A DNA stretch of 59,518 nt, filler included, from Pirum gemmata (GCA_002812295.1; 10 parts of 10 records of this genome joined end to end with filler, not necessarily neighbours in it); one strand, 5' to 3'; positions 1 through 12,700 are shown, counted from the first letter of the whole stretch. The notes: generated by a model from the letters alone, not told the origin. A program made the numbers and translations.

Positions 1-1060
1 GGGGGGGGCTAGCTAGGGGGGGGCATATTATATTATAATAAAAATCTATAGAATAGAATCCTCTGATGGTATATTAATAATAATACACTTTCAGATAATA
101 CCTACTGAACCCGTTCCTTATTATTTATATGATAACGTTATCGTGTTTTTCCATATTAATTAATTAATTAAGACTTCATAAGTACATGCCCAGTTCAAAA
201 ACTGAAATAAATGTACCAAATATTATTATTATGGTTAAGCTATGAAACTTGTTTTATTATATACTTTTAATGTTTTTATTACAAACAAGCTTTTAAAAAG
301 TTCAATTAATTATATATAAATTTTAAAAACTTAATAATTAAACAGTATCAAATTAAAGATTGAGAGGGCCTAGCTAGCTAGAGGGGGGCGGTATGCATTT
401 CTATTCGTACTAACGACGTGTTTTTCGGGAAATGTCGATTGAATATAAAATCAATTAATTGCTCAAAATTATGATAATTAAATGCTTTAAAAAAGCATTT
501 AATTATATTTGATAGTAGAGTCTATAGTGCTTTTCAGATTATAACCCTCCAAATAAATATTAAGAGTGACAAACTAAATTAAAAGCACGATATATCTTTA
601 TAATATATATAATATATATAATACTATTATAGTTATAGACTATGATATATAGCTAACGTTATATCAAAAATGTTATATGATATCTGAGAACGTTATATTA
701 TATAGACCAAGGGCCGAAAGACCCAAATCTGGTTCTATATAATATTATTATATATACAGTACTTATTATTATAATAATTGAATTTTTAAAATATTGAACT
801 TACAATATTATAAATTTGCATATATTTATTTACCTTTGTTTATTAACCAATATCACAGTTTTAAATACATAATTTTACACTCTTTCATAATCTTACTCAT
901 ACTCATAATCATAATCATAATTAAAATCATAATCATAATCATTGCACTGTTTTATTGTTTTATAATAATTATTTATATTGATATAGATATCAAGCGTACG
1001 ATTAAAAAATTTAAAAAATAGTCTATTAAATTTTACTCTCTATCTACAACTCTCTACTCT

Positions 1061-1141
1061 CTAACCCTAACCCTAACCCTAACCCTATTTTAATAAACCC
1101 TAACCTAACCCTAACCCTAACCCTAACCCTAGCCTAACCCA

Positions 1142-1180
<39 letters not shown>

Positions 1181-1182
1181 CC
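1061..1182 (+). repeat. Interstitial telomeric-type (CCCTAA)n array
   Basis: Slightly degenerate CCCTAA tandem run inside the contig. Confidence 0.9.
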
Positions 1183-1454
1183 ATATCATACCTCTAACAC
1201 TCTCTAACCCTACTAACTGCTACTAGCTAGCTAGTAGCTAGCTATAGAGCTAGGCAAAAGGAGTGAAAAGGGCTAGCTCCAGCTAGCTAGCTTAGTAGCT
1301 ACTAGCTACTAGAGGGAAAAAGGGGGGTAGGGGCAAAAGGCTCCTAGCTAGCTAGCTAGTAGGCAAAAAAGGGTGTCCAAAAACTGACCCAAAAAAGGAT
1401 AATAAGAGTTGGATCTACTATGATCTAGCTATAGTCTATTTCGCTAGCTACTAA

Positions 1455-1726
1455 GGGAGCGTTCAATAATTACGTAACGCTGGGGGGTAGGTAAGGGGGG
1501 TCGGATTTTTGTGACTGGCCGTGACGCAGTAGGGGGGTAGATTTTCGTAATATGACATAACGCAAAAAAAAATACATATATATTATATTATGACAGGGAA
1601 TTTAGGGTACTATTTTTTCCAAATCGTTACGTCATAAGGGGTAGGTAGTCCTTCTCAAACGTTACACGGGGGTAGTAGGGTAGGTTTTTGTCCCAAATCG
1701 GCGTTACGTAATTATTGAACGCTCCC
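1455..1726. mobile_element. Tourist-like (PIF/Harbinger) MITE, intact
   Basis: Perfect 26-bp TIRs GGGAGCGTTCAATAATTACGTAACGC (1455-1480 / 1701-1726), TAA at 1452-1454 and 1727-1729 (3-bp TAA TSD typical of PIF/Harbinger), 272 bp, no ORF. Confidence 0.88.
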
Positions 1727-2455
1727 TAATGATACACTGTACTCCTGTACTCTTAGGGCCAATTCGCTGAAATCTTAGTTAGACTACTATATAGTCTACT
1801 GCCAAAGACCCTAGGTCAAAGACCCCAGGAAAAAANAACGCTCCCCTACAGCTAGGACCGGTCTACAACCCAATTTTGAACTTCTAGAGGGCAAGAAACT
1901 AGATAGAATAGTCGGAATACTAGTACTGGGCCGAATTGTAAAAGGATTATGAACATTCAGTTATTTTCGCCAAAATATATATTTTAATAATACGTTATGA
2001 TGTATAATTGATTTTGATAATTATATAATAATATAATATTTAAAATTATCTAGTTTTTAATTATATTAATTTTAATATCATATAAAAATTTATAATTATA
2101 TTAAAATAATTTTATTAATTTATAAATGAATATCAAATAAATTGGGGTTCCTTGTAGAAGTTGGAAAAGATGACAGAACGACTGCGAACTCTCCGTAGCG
2201 AACTCTCCAGAACGATTGAAATTTGAAACTGAAACAAATAAATATATTTATAAATATACATATTATGATTAGTCTATTATTAAAAATCTATTATTATAAA
2301 TAAATACTATTATTATTATTATAGTAATTATAGTTTTGGCATATTTTTTGGAGAAGATTATTATTATTATAGTAATTATAGTATTATTATTGATATATCG
2401 ATGCATTTTTTGGCATATTTTAGCCAGAACAAACAAAACGATCATTTTTTTTTAG

Positions 2456-2519
<64 letters not shown>

Positions 2520-4300
2520 TTTTTATTTTTTTTTTTTTTTTTCTTTTCTTGTGTTTTTTTTTTTTCTTTTTTGTTTTTTTTTTTTTATCTAAATATGGTA
2601 ATTAGTAAACTTCTTCGAATCAACGATTAGAGGTAAAATTAATAATTTCTAAATAAAGAAAATGTTATTATTATTATTATTATTTAGATTATTTATAGCA
2701 GCGTCACTAAGGAAGGAGCCTTAGTGTTGAGTAGTTGTTGAGCTTGAGCTCTGAAGTAGTTGTTGAGCTTGAGCTCTGAAGAGACTCTGAAGTCTGAACT
2801 TGATTGAGCATGGTGTATGACGTGACCCTAAAATATGAAGGGAATATCAAAGAAAATGTGTGTTTACTGTGTTTACAATGAAAATCACATTACACTCTCA
2901 ACCATCTCAACTGATAAATCACCTATATAATAATAATTATTATACTTATACGTAGGTGGTTAAGGTGTGTCGAGTGGAACATCATCATGAGCCAGGGAGT
3001 ACCAGGGTGTAGGTAGGACTGTGTAGGCTACAAGTCGGTGTGAAATGCATATAAATTTAATATATTATATTAGATTGTAATATATGGCTGGGTATCAGGG
3101 CGGATACTTGCTGGTACCGACAGAAAAAATGTCAAATAATAATAATAATTATAATATTTTTCTATTTTTTCTTGAGGTTCGAGTCGAACTAAATTAAAAA
3201 GAACCAAACCTAATTAAACAGCTAGTTCAAAATGTTCGAGCCAGCAATAGTTTTTGGTCAATTTTTTTCCTTTTTTTTTAACTCCCACTTGTGTAATCAG
3301 TTAGTATCGATAATCAGTTCTTATCAACACTAGTCGCACTATTATTTTAAAAAATGTTTTAAGTTTTGGTTTAAAAATCACTATTTTACTTATTACACAT
3401 GTACACATTGAGTTTTTATATTAAAAACTCGACATGTCTTCACTATCACTATTTTACTTATTACACACATTGAGTTTTTATATTAAAAACTCGACATGTC
3501 TTCACTATCGTGCAAAGTTTGATAGCACGAAAAACGGTCTTATTAATAAGGAATATTTGTTTTGAAAACAATAGTACCCGCCCATAGTTCCGCCCGTAGG
3601 TTCATATAATATATAATATTATATTATAGAATGAATTAATCGCTATTTTAATAAACTTTTTTTCATTATCAGAAAAATATATCTATTAACAATTTACAAG
3701 TTGCTATTATTAATATATTAAAATAATTTTAAAATAAACTCTAGCTAGAAATAAACTACTAGGAGTCTACTACTAGGGATAAAGTCTATGAAACTTTCGG
3801 GTATCATAACTTTGTGGTACCCATGGCCAGGTGCCGGGTATCCGCCCATGGGTTCATACATTATTGAATAAATTAATCGCTAAACATTGATTATGTGAAA
3901 AGATAATCAAGTAATTTTTATATATGCCATTTTCCCTAGCTAAGGGACCTTTCATCTAGGACCTTTCATAGTCCTTTTATATACTTTTTAAACTATATTG
4001 TTATGGTTTTTTGCGATTTATTAAGAATTAGTTTTTTTTTTATACAAGTAATATCGTAAATATATACAAAACTAATTTTAATTCAATTGAAAATGTTTTT
4101 AACAACAATCGTTTAACTAATTATATATTAACACTATTACACAAATTTTCATTATTCTAAAAAGATTTTTTTTTTTTGGTTCACATAAGGTTTGGGCTAT
4201 TATTATCATTTTTCGTTTTATATAATATAATGTATATAATTTAATAATATATCAGTAAGAGTAGTCGTGATCCTATGCTAGCATCAATATAATATTGCAA

Positions 4301-4478
4301 TGATGCAAACAATTTAAAAAAGTGTCCAACTTTTGGGATTCATTAGAATTTTCGGCTTTCGAATATTAGTCAGGTAATAGGTATTTAATTAATAGGTTTG
4401 AAATTTTTGAACATAAAAAAAAATTGGACTTTTAAAACTAGTAAAAAAAAGTAGACGTTTTTTTGATTATTTGCACCA
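4301..4478. mobile_element. Tc1/mariner-type MITE (TGGTGCAAA..AAAAACGTCCA TIR family), degenerate copy
   Basis: Homologous over its length to 39066-39241. The right end TTTGCACCA is followed by TA. Confidence 0.65.
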
Positions 4479-4660
4479 TAGCTAGCTAGGTCCCGAATCC
4501 CGATCGCTTTATTAAGTTTACCATATTAATATTGATTATAATACAGTTATTATACATAGTATCCTGAGAATTCCTGACACAATGATATGATTGATATCAT
4601 ACTATTATATAAAATGGCATCATAACTACTATATATATGAAACCAGATTTGGGTCTTTCG

Positions 4661-4796
4661 GGGAGCGTTAACGCCAATTTCCTGTCAAATACAGCTTCAA
4701 ATACCCCTACCTACCTACCCCTCGACGTTACCACAATACCACCTACTTACCAAAGTTACCTACCCCTTGAACGTGACGTATTTTTTGAACGCTCAC
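4661..4796. mobile_element. Short Tourist-like MITE subfamily (GGGAGCGTT..GAACGCTC), degenerate
   Basis: Shares termini with 1455-1726. Shares the internal GGTAGGTAGG / TATTTGAAGCTG core with copies at 32040-32173, 33933-34065, 51361-51482 and 52271-52398. Confidence 0.7.
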
Positions 4797-6466
4797 TTAT
4801 CCTACACCAAGCTGGATAAAAATAGCTCAAAAATCCAAAAAATCTCAAAATGATCCAATTTTATTGAAAGTACTACTAGTACACTTCTACTACTAAATTT
4901 TGAGATTGTCAAACGAAGAAAACCCTATTATGAACCAATGGCTAGTTTTTTTTTTAAAAAACAATTTGGCTAGTTAACATTATTTTTTTTTTTTAACACC
5001 TACTTTTTCGGCTACCCGTGAAATTATGGATTTTAGCATCTGGATGTGAGGTATTTTATTAAAAAAAAAAAAAAACATTACAGGTTTTTAGGGAAGAAGT
5101 TAAAAAAAAAATGATTTCCAAAGTAAAAAACCTTTTTTTTTTTTTGTTGTTGTTGTTGTTTACAGGTTCACAGCTTTAGGTGGCTGTGGTTTTTCCCAAG
5201 GAGTTTTTTTTTTCTTGAACTTTTCAAATTTACTCTTTTTGAGTTTGGATATTTTCAAGGACTATTTTAAAAAGAAAATTCTTGAAAAATACAATAGACT
5301 GTAGAAAAAACAAGCGTAATAAACAAACAAATAAATAATTTTAAATAAATATTTAATTAATAAAGTATAATTTTAATTTACCATAATACTCCATAATATT
5401 ATTATATGATTTATTTATAATAAATAACAATTTATTTTTTGATAGTCAAGAAATATGANNNNNNNNNNNNNNNNNNNNNNNNNNNNNNNNNNNNNNNNNN
5501 NNNNNNNNNNNNNNNNNNNTAATAATAATACTAATAATAATACCAATACTAATATCAATATATACTAACACTGATATTAATACTAACACTAATTCTAATT
5601 CTAATTCAAATGCTAATACTAATATCAAGACTAATAATACCAATACTAATATCAATACTAACACTAATATTAACACTAATTCTAATTCTAATTCAAATGC
5701 TAATACTAATATCAAGACTAATATTAATATTAATACTAATTACAGTAATACTAATACTAACACTAATACTAATACTAATACTAATACTAATACTAATACT
5801 AATATTAATACTATTAATAATAATAATATTAATACTGATAGTAATACTTATACTGCTTCTACTAATACCAAGAAGAAAAAATGTGAAAACTGTATAAAAA
5901 GCAAATCAGCTTGTGGTGTGGTAGTTGTGTGGTTAACCCTGCGCATGAAAAAGTACGGAACACTTGTGTTATTAAACGATCAGCGGCTCCAATAACCGAA
6001 TCTCAACCGACAAAGAGGTTTAAAAGCGTTTATACTATGCTTGCAAAGAACATCTGCGTTGTCTGTGGTAAGAACACAGGGTATCACAAATGTAAAAAAT
6101 GACAAAACTTTGTACTGAGTACGAAAACAAACTGCTCAACAATCGATGGTACCGATAGTGTTAATTTTGTGAATGACGTTTATTTTCCATCATTTGTTTT
6201 GATGAAGTTTGATGTTATGGGTTTTTGGCTCGTTGATTATTTTTTGTTCGGAGATTAGGATTGGCTATTTTTTGATGACGTCTTGGTCTGGCCCCTCTCC
6301 CCCTTTTTTTTTGTTTCTTTGCACTTTATGTTTTTGTATTTGGGATTAATTTCCTCTTTTCTTTTCCTTTTGATGGGATGTGTTGTCAGCTGCTGTTCCA
6401 GTTTTTTGAGTTAGTCGAACCTTTTGGGCTTTTGGGCCCAAGGTTTCGACTGGGGGCATGTCACTN

Positions 6467-6840
6467 ATACATACAGAACGTTATAAAACAACTTCGATTA
6501 CTAATTAACACAAAAATAAGCACACCAATGGCAACCACATTTGTAAAACTCATCAAACAAGCAGCGCACAACAACCACCACGTATCCAAACGATTACTCA
6601 AATTATTGTACATCGGAATCATACGATATCTAGGAGGTTAGTACACGACCAGACGTAGCATACACAACCCACAAATTGGCCATGCACTGCACCAACCCAA
6701 CACAACAACACGTCGACACTGCTATACGCACACTACAATATCTATTCAACACCAGTCATTACGGTATCAGTTACCCCAAAAGAAACACACATAATAACGA
6801 CAAATTAATTTTATATACCGATTCCTCCATGGCCGAGTAG
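6467..6840 (+). pseudogene. Ty1/copia retrotransposon pol (RT C-terminus / RNase H start) remnant
   Basis: YIQNVIK..STPM..YIGIIRYL, then a frameshift to TRPDVAYTTHKLAMHCTNPTQQHVDTAIRTLQYLFNTSHYGISYP..LILYTDS (6643-6840). This matches the copia TRPDIAY..P..H..A.RVL.YL..GL.Y..YxD pattern. Frameshift and premature stop present. Confidence 0.88.
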
Positions 6841-6976
6841 CTATGTACGGCAAGCGTGACGCATCCATACTCTTTAATCAAAGCATGAATAATGTAATAC
6901 GACAACACAACTATAACATACACCCAGTAGAATCATGCATAGCGATATCACCCGATGGCAAAACGGCAGCAGGATT

Positions 6977-7076
6977 NNNNNNNNNNNNNNNNNNNNNNNN
7001 NNNNNNNNNNNNNNNNNNNNTTAATTAATTAANNNNNNNNNNNNNNNNNNNNNNNNNNNNNNNNNNNNNNNNNNNN
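6977..7076. other. Artificial contig-joining linker N44-TTAATTAATTAA-N44 (first of nine)
   Basis: Identical 100-bp spacer with stops in all six frames at 6977-7076, 13262-13361, 18870-18969, 24527-24626, 30959-31058, 37205-37304, 42740-42839, 48358-48457 and 53930-54029. The window is 10 concatenated contigs. Confidence 0.97.
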
Positions 7077-7158
7077 ATTAATATTATTATTGTCATTATT
7101 ATTATTATTATTATTATTTATCCATTTATTTTGTTATCAATGTCCATAATGTATTTAG

Positions 7159-8204
7159 GTATGTTTGAAGACCTAGGCTTAGATGATAACAACTTATTGC
7201 TAGATAAAAAGTCAAAATGTTCAGGTTATGCTTATGAAATGCGAAACGGTAAATTATTCGTAAAGCCAAAAGAAAAAGAGTACATAAAAAATCACTGTAA
7301 TACAATTGATTTAAGTAATAATAACATAGTTGATTTTGATCAGGATTGCTTTAAAGATTTAAACCAATTAAACCACATTAACATATCTAATAACAAGGTA
7401 AAAGAACTTAGTTTTCAAGGTTTTGGTAATCTTTTTTTTGACAAAGGTAGAAATATGATAAGTATTAACTTAAATAACAATCATATTGGTAATATCAAGA
7501 GCAATACTTTTTCTTTAGGGAATTTTAAAAAAATAGAGAAGTTACTTTTAGGCAGTAATTTAATTGATAAAATGGAACCCACGTTATTTAGTGGTTTTGT
7601 TCTAAGCTCAATGACAGTCAACATATCTAATAATAATATTGATTGTTGTAGTAATACAGAGGGGTTACATTATCTAATACAAAATAACCAAACAATTGAC
7701 TGTTTATTAGGGGGCAGTAGCACAAGTACTACTTATTCTTCGCATCAGAATATTGATTTAAATAATGATTGTTTAAGTGCAGGGCTTAATCACTCGCCAT
7801 CCCCAAAAAACAATGTTGGTGTGATTGTTGGTTGTGTTATAGGTATACTTGTATTAATTGCAATTGCTTTGGTTGTAGGTTTTCTTATCTACAGACGTAA
7901 AAAAATTGATTTACTTGAAGGAAAAACTGCAAAAGAGTTTGTGTTAAATAGTAATGCGGATATGATGGAATCATCAGCTGAGTATACAGTTTACGATGGT
8001 GAATCAGCACTCGCTTGTGATAAGAAAACTGAAACTGGTGAGGCGAATTTGAATATTTATGAAGAAGAAGATTCTAATTATCATGTTGCAAATGAAGATG
8101 TCGATAATATATTAGAAGGTTCTAATTATGAGAATACGAATATTTTTGAAGAAGAAGATTCTAATTATCACGTTGTAAATGAAGATCTCGAAAATGAGAT
8201 CTAA
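7159..8204 (+). CDS. Leucine-rich-repeat single-pass membrane receptor-like protein (3' exon; 5' part probably off contig)
   Basis: LRRs (IDLSNNNI, INISNNKV, INLNNNHI, LLLGSNLI, VNISNNNI), a TM helix VGVIVGCVIGILVLIAIALVVGFLIY followed by RRKK, and an acidic Tyr-rich tail. Likely acceptor tttag at 7154-7158. Confidence 0.8.
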
Positions 8205-9118
8205 AACTGATCAGTATTTTCATTTTATTAATTTTTTCGATTTTTCTTTTCTTGCCAATGTAACCTTAACCCACCCACCCTATCTCTGTCTAAAGTTGTC
8301 GGCCTAAACTGGACAGGGGCTGGGTATGAGCCAAAATCCTCAGCTCAGGCCCAAAATACCCCACCTGACTATGTACACACAGCCGCATACTCCAAAAACG
8401 ATTTCAACACAGTAAGTAAGGGTAACAACATAAATCATAATCTTACAACTAAAAAAACACATAATCAGATATAATTATCAAACTATTACTATTACCATTC
8501 TTTGGTTTATCTAACCAACAGTTGTTTTTCCAACACATACTTATTATATAAAAAATTACCAAACACCGAATTTTGACAAAAAAAGTTTCCTCTTCTTTTT
8601 CTTTTATTCTTTTTACACTCTCCTGCACTATACCCTGCTCTTCCACTCACACTTCTCTGAACATTCTCGTTGCACTATTCTCACTGCCCATGCGTTTGAA
8701 AAAATCAGAAAATTTTATGAAAATACAGACTAGTTTTTCTACAGTTAACTTCACCAGTTTCGTTGCTTTGAAAAACGTGCCATTAGTTAAAGGTATATAT
8801 CACGTTGGAAATGAAGATCTCGATAAGTAGATCTAAAACTGATCAGTATTTTCATTTTATTAATTTTTTTGATTTTTCTTTTCTTGCCAATGTAACCTTA
8901 ACCCACCTACCCTATCTTTGTCTAAAGTTGACGCCCTAAACTGGACAGGAGCTAAGTATGAGCCAAAATCCTCAGCTCAGGCCCAAAATACCCCACCTGA
9001 CTATGTTCACACATCCACATACTCCAAAAACGATTTCAACAAAGTAAATAAGGGTGGGTACGTTGGGTGAGGAAAAAACAACATAAATCATAATCATACA
9101 ACTAAAAAACCACACATA
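8166..9118 (+). repeat. ~300-bp direct repeat pair (8166-8463 and 8798-9118)
   Basis: Two highly similar copies that include the last codons and 3' flank of the LRR gene. Copy 2 has a ~23-bp insertion. Confidence 0.9.
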
Positions 9119-9850
9119 AAAGTCGTATAAACATCATTATTTTTACCGATAATCTTTGGTGGCGTCTGTTACTTTTTTGGGTTCATAAATATCTTCATGT
9201 TAAATTCCTATACTAATAAATAAAACGGTAATACTTTCACCAATTCTGGTATTTTATCTGAAAATTATCAACAGGAAATTCTTTTTTATGCATTTGTTGG
9301 GTAAACGTTTTAGGTGCTTCATCAGTGAACGTTGCTTCAAAGGGGATTATTCTAAGACGATGATAAGTGGCTTTATCACAGGACATTTTGGGTACAGAAT
9401 TACAAATCATGACTAATTTAAACATGGTTTTTATTTCTATAGGATCCCCAAATAAAGGTCAACGAACTTATCATTACCCGTTAATTGTTTCAATAATTCA
9501 GTGTTGAAATAACCATCGTTCTCTGTTAGCTCCTTTAAAACCAACAAATCCTTGCTGTACCTATTGTAGCCGATTCGGGGGTAGCAGGTGAACTAGCAGT
9601 GCCTGGTGGTAAATCAATACTATATGTTCCTAACATTTGTTCAAATAACGAATTCAAGACACCTTTACCATTAACACCAATACCAGTGAAAATGTGTACT
9701 TTTTAATGTTTGTTACCTAAAAATACTTGATAATAATAATCCAAAAAGTACTTTTTAATTTCTTTATCGGGAAATAATTGTGTGAAAATAAGGTCTAGAC
9801 TTTGTATTGACTATCATTCTTACTCTGAGTAGTATAATCCATTGGTGCTT
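9117..9850 (-). pseudogene. Decayed D5-like SF3 helicase (viral primase-helicase); endogenous viral element
   Basis: Minus-strand frames give LFPDKEIKKYF, Walker A FTGIGVNGKG, LFEQMLGTY, LLKQLTGND, MFKLVMICNSVP..DKATYHRLRIIPFEATF, EPKKVTDATKDYR and NNDVY. Several stops and frameshifts. Confidence 0.88.
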
Positions 9851-10203
9851 TACAAACACATTGTTTTATTGTTTTATTGTTTTATTGTTTTATTGTTTTA
9901 TTGTTTTATTGTTTTATAATATTGTTTTATTAATATTGTTTTATTGTTTTATTGTTTTGTTTTAATATTTTATTGTTTTATTATAATAATATTGTTTTAT
10001 TGTTTTATTGTTCTATTATTAATATATTGTTTTATTGTTTTATTGTTTTATTGTTTTATTGCTGATTGCTTATAATATTATCTATTGCTTATAATTACTT
10101 TGGTTATTGATTGACCGTTATTTAATTTATTTTTAGCTTGTCCTCAATTTCCAGTCCCTCACATCAAATTCTGTATGAAGGCTATGTATACCTACCTACT
10201 AAC

Positions 10204-10770
10204 TAACGTAATTTTGACAATATGCCTCCTCTGGATAAACCTTAATTAAGATTATGACAATACTATTCCTAAATAATACATACATGATAATATTATTCCT
10301 ATATATTAATAAATAATACAAAAATATTATACCAACGTAATTTTGACAACATAAACCTGAAGATTATGATAATATTATTCTTATATAATACACAAATACT
10401 AACGTAATTTTGACAACATGCCTCCTGAAGATTATGATAATATTATTCCTATATAATACATAAATACTAACGTAATTTTGACAACATGCCTCCTCTGGAT
10501 AAACCTGAAGATTATGATAATATTATTAATATTCCTATATATATAATACACAAATACTAACGTAATTTTGACAACATGCCTCCTGTGAAGATTATGATAA
10601 CATTATTCCTATATAATACGTATATAAATACTAACGTAATTTTGACAACATGCCTCCTTAGGCCTGGATAAACTTGAAGATTATGATTATATTATTCCTG
10701 TATATATAACACATAAATACTAACGTAATTTTGACAACATCAAACCTGAAGATTATGATTATATTATCCC
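10204..10770 (+). repeat. Minisatellite, 7 copies of a ~65-130-bp variable unit
   Basis: Core AACGTAATTTTGACAACATGCCTCCT..GAAGATTATGATAATATTATTCC starts near 10204, 10334, 10400, 10468, 10558, 10632 and 10721. Confidence 0.9.
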
Positions 10771-11309
10771 TTCTTTCTCAGAGTGGAAGAAACGCTGTTA
10801 AACACACGAAAGAAGCAAGGAATAATATAAGAAGGTACTTGAAAAGGCTAAAGGGATAGTTGGCATGTATTATAATCAACGTTAACGAGAAGACGCAATT
10901 AAGAAAATTACTGTCGAGAGGCACTTGGTTACAGTGTTTACTAATAGACGTAAAGCTATAAAACAGTCGGTGAAGAGTTTGGCTAATAATCAAAAAAATA
11001 GCAACATTAATTATTAATATAAATAATTCAAATTAAAAGTTCTCGAAGAAAAAACTGAAAAAGGAGAAAATTAATGCCAACTCTGCACTATGTAGCGCTA
11101 ACTATGCGTTATTTGTAATAATTATTTTATTGTTGACAATTATTATTGTAATAATTATTTTATTGTTCACAATTATTATTGTAATAATTATTTTATTGTT
11201 CACAATTATTATTGTAATAATTATTTTATTGTTCACAAAAATTACTGTTAATTAATTGGTCTTCCATAATAAGTCCATATATTAGATTTAAAATCAACAT
11301 ATAATGTGG

Positions 11310-11850
11310 GTTGTCATTATATGCTACACCCTTCTTCAACAAACAATTTGATTTTTTATTTATTAAGAGGTGCATATTACGTCTAATTGATCTTCCTTAA
11401 TACAATACTTAACAAAGCTAAGGTTGTCACTATATACTACACCCTTCGTTAACAAACAATTTGCATTTTTACTTATTAAGAGGTGCATGTTACGACAAAT
11501 TGATATTTCTTAATACAATGCTTAATTAACAGAGCTAAGGTTGTCACTATATACTACACCCTTCGTTAACAAACAATTTGCATTTTACTTATTAAGAGGT
11601 GCATATTACGTCAAATTGCTATTTCTTAATACAGTACTTAACAGAGTTAAGGTTGTCACTATATACTACACCCTTCTTCAACAAACAATTTTCAATTTTA
11701 CTTATTAAGAGGTGCACATTACGTCAAATTGATATTTCTTAATACAATACTTAACAGAGCTAAGGTTATCACTATAATAATATACTACAGCCTTCTTCAA
11801 CAAACAAGTTGCATATTTACTTATTAAAAGAGGTGTATATTACGTCATAT
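11310..11850 (+). repeat. Tandem repeat, 5 copies of a 112-119-bp unit
   Basis: CTACACCCTTC..AACAAACAATTTG..AAGAGGTGCA..ACGTC units start at 11324, 11437, 11554, 11666 and 11785. Confidence 0.92.
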
Positions 11851-12464
11851 ATTTATTATATTAAAGTGCAAGTCGATGCATTTTATTTTTGGCCCTGATC
11901 GAAAAAATCGAATCTAATTATCAACATAGGGACTAAAGTATAGTTCTAACCTCGAACATAGAGGAAATGAGAAACCCCTCTTCCATACTAAAGTATAGGG
12001 CGCGCGGGGGGGATTAGGTAGAAGTGAGGTTAGCAAAAAATAAAAATAAAAATATATTATTGTGACGTCATCCGTGCTAGACCTATACTTTAGTTGGGTG
12101 GGTGGTAAGCATGGTCGTGTTTGTGGTTTTTTTAGGATTAGCTTAAGGGTTTTGGTCGAAAAATAGGTTGCACATTGTTGATGGTATTCATAGTCTAAAA
12201 ACATCCAACAACAACAAAAAAAAAAATACTTGTGATTGAAAAAATCGAATTAAATTGTTAATAGGCTTTAAAAGGTTAATTTAGTGATTTTGGTGGGAAA
12301 AAATATAAATGTTAATAATGTTAAAAGTTGGATAGTATTAGTCTCTGTGCCTACCCCTATTTTAAAATAGAGGCCTATCTTTTGCCTTTGAGTGTGCTAT
12401 AACTCGTAACTCTCTTATTTCCTTTCTAGCGATGGATTTTTCTTTGAATATAGCAATCTGCAAT

Positions 12465-12700
12465 GGGTTAGGGTTAAGGCTAGGGTTAGGATTAAGGCTA
12501 ACGTTAGGGTTGGGGTTAAGGTTAAGGTCAGGGTTAGGGTTAGGGCTAGGGTTAGGGTTAGGGTTAGGGTTAGGGTTAGGGTTAGGGTTAGGGTTAGGGT
12601 TAGGGTTAGGGTTAGGGTNAATAAAGCAATAAAACAATAAAACAATAAAACAAAACAATAAAACAATAAAACAATAAAACAATAAAACAATAAAACAATA
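12465..12700 (+). repeat. (TTAGGG)n array joined across an N to an (AAAACAAT)n microsatellite
   Basis: Direct reading. The N at 12619 makes the array length uncertain. Confidence 0.9.

Noticed and set aside
5868..6102. Cys-rich stretch (KKKKCENC.., CGSC, CVVCGK..KCKK) as a CXXC or transposase zinc finger
   Set aside because: It needs a frameshift and the spacing is not diagnostic, so it cannot be assigned by eye.
8166..9118. Direct repeats as LTRs of a TRIM element
   Set aside because: No TG..CA ends, PBS, PPT or TSD seen, and the repeat starts within the LRR coding end.
10204..11850. Regularly spaced repeats as a CRISPR array
   Set aside because: The intervening sequences are themselves repeated (no unique spacers), there are no cas genes, and the context is eukaryotic.
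12465..12619. Telomeric arrays as true chromosome ends
   Set aside because: All arrays are internal to contigs or introns, with sequence on both sides. Some contain an N, so a mis-join cannot be fully excluded.
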